Part shown: in pieces, positions 39,164-39,821 of the stretch | Numbering within the stretch: position 1 is the stretch's first letter | Layout of the letters: every line of letters starts with the position of its first letter | DNA from: Promethearchaeota archaeon | GTDB lineage: Archaea > Asgardarchaeota > Lokiarchaeia > Sigyniarchaeales > SOKP01 | NCBI GenBank assembly: GCA_019058015.1 | Contig: JAHLWH010000279.1 | Span: forward strand, 1 to 39,821 | Length of the DNA: 39,821 nt | Reading direction: 5' to 3' | Notes under the pieces: model-generated | Told to the model about the DNA's origin: nothing | What the model saw: the letters and a program-made list of their open reading frames with translations, nothing else | Databases searched by the model: none | Made by a program: the position numbers and the translations under genes

Positions 39164-39334
39164 CTAAATTGGGATATATTTCCAAGGATCTTGTCTAATT
39201 AAATTCCAGGATTTTTCTGCGTAATCGTTTATCATTCTGTGTGTATTAAAATATGTAGCTAAAGTGATTGTATTTTTCATTCTCCATGGCCACTCATCCT
39301 GGTCCATCCAGGTAGGAATAATTTCATTAATTAT
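39164..39334 (-). pseudogene. Orphan 3' end of alpha-glucan phosphorylase, copy A
   Basis: IINEIIPTWMDQDEWPWRMKNTITLATYFNTHRMINDYAEKSWNLIRQDPWKYIPI*; 36/47 aa identical to copy B; 19 bp identical core. Confidence 0.8.
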
Positions 39335-39821
39335 CCTGCAATTTTTGCACAAATATATGCAAAAATCAATATTCCTCCAGCAACAATTATTAGAATCATT
39401 CCCAGCCTCATTGTAAAAATTATTTCAATCCCTAGACCGATTTGTTCTAAAGCATATGAAACTACAAATATCATACCATAAAAAAATATTATTTCAGTAA
39501 TAATATAAGAAAGACCATTTCTTAACCATTTTTTCCTTGCTTTCTTAAGTTCTATATTCCCAGATACAACTCTAATCGCTGATATTATCAAAAATAATGC
39601 TCCAAGAATGAAAAAAACCATAAAAGATATTCCTAGCCAATAAAATGTAGTTTGAAGTCCCTCCGCCTCAGGTAAGATTGCTGTATATGACTCTAGTTCA
39701 TTAACGATTCCCCCTCCAAATGGTAATAAATCACCTTCTATTAACAGCGGGATTGAAGGAATATTTATAGCGATATGCATTATTGGATATAATAGAGAAA
39801 TTAATAATACTATAGCTGTAA
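39331..39821 (-). CDS. Multi-TM hypothetical membrane protein, 5' end outside the window
   Basis: The frame stays open upstream of the ATG at 39780 to the window edge (TAIVLLISLLYPI-MHI...); several hydrophobic segments. Confidence 0.75.
   Translation of the reverse strand, partial: TAIVLLISLLYPIMHIAINIPSIPLLIEGDLLPFGGGIVNELESYTAILPEAEGLQTTFYWLGISFMVFFILGALFLIISAIRVVSGNIELKKARKKWLRNGLSYIITEIIFFYGMIFVVSYALEQIGLGIEIIFTMRLGMILIIVAGGILIFAYICAKIAG

Noticed and set aside
18054-39307. A common recombination-site consensus among the three repeat cores
   Set aside because: Beyond cca/atcc words explained by Trp and Asp/Ile codons, the cores share no clear motif or dyad symmetry.
14492-39352. Genome-wide TAG-to-pyrrolysine recoding
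   Set aside because: TAG terminates apparently complete genes (23606, 27827, 34914, 36462), no pyl genes are in the window, and the corrinoid operon has no in-frame TAG.
39164-39352. 62-aa ORF starting MCKNCR as a real CxxC protein
   Set aside because: The first residues overlap the upstream gene in another frame; the remainder is the phosphorylase-like fragment.
1-39821. tRNA, rRNA, integrase, transposase or reverse transcriptase genes
   Set aside because: None recognised by eye; no GC-rich structured intergenic segment or catalytic motif was seen. tRNAscan-SE and Infernal would be needed to exclude small RNAs.

Overview
AT-rich window. Gene content and style suggest an archaeon, probably Asgard/Lokiarchaeia-like (inference only). 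Most of it is metabolic: NAD-kinase-like, HisC-like aminotransferase, 3-hydroxyacyl-CoA dehydrogenase, orphan DNA methyltransferase, type-2 Ldh, CDF transporter, larEBC, sulfatase, vapBC, GlcD/GlcF-like pair, MFS, MBL, PHP, DUF1848, GNAT, 4-hydroxybutyryl-CoA dehydratase, mtnA, dus, and a corrinoid protein plus a UroD-family methyltransferase with an SCP2 domain. Three things stand out. (1) Three separate cargo blocks (about 5.1 kb, 0.6 kb and 2.6 kb) are each bracketed by two diverged copies of the 3' end of a gene (membrane hydrolase, PHP protein, glucan phosphorylase). Each pair shares a perfect 19-44 bp core, and no integrase or transposase is visible. Further orphan 3' ends (SPASM, TPR) are also present. 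(2) The largest block encodes a HerA/FtsK-like ATPase and a large GIY-YIG nuclease, both interrupted (an in-frame TAA and an A16 frameshift). (3) A surface protein with a GPS/GAIN-like HFS autoproteolysis motif lies next to a membrane-tethered winged-helix regulator with a paralogous ectodomain. Three genes carry single in-frame stops. No rRNA, tRNA or CRISPR array was recognised.
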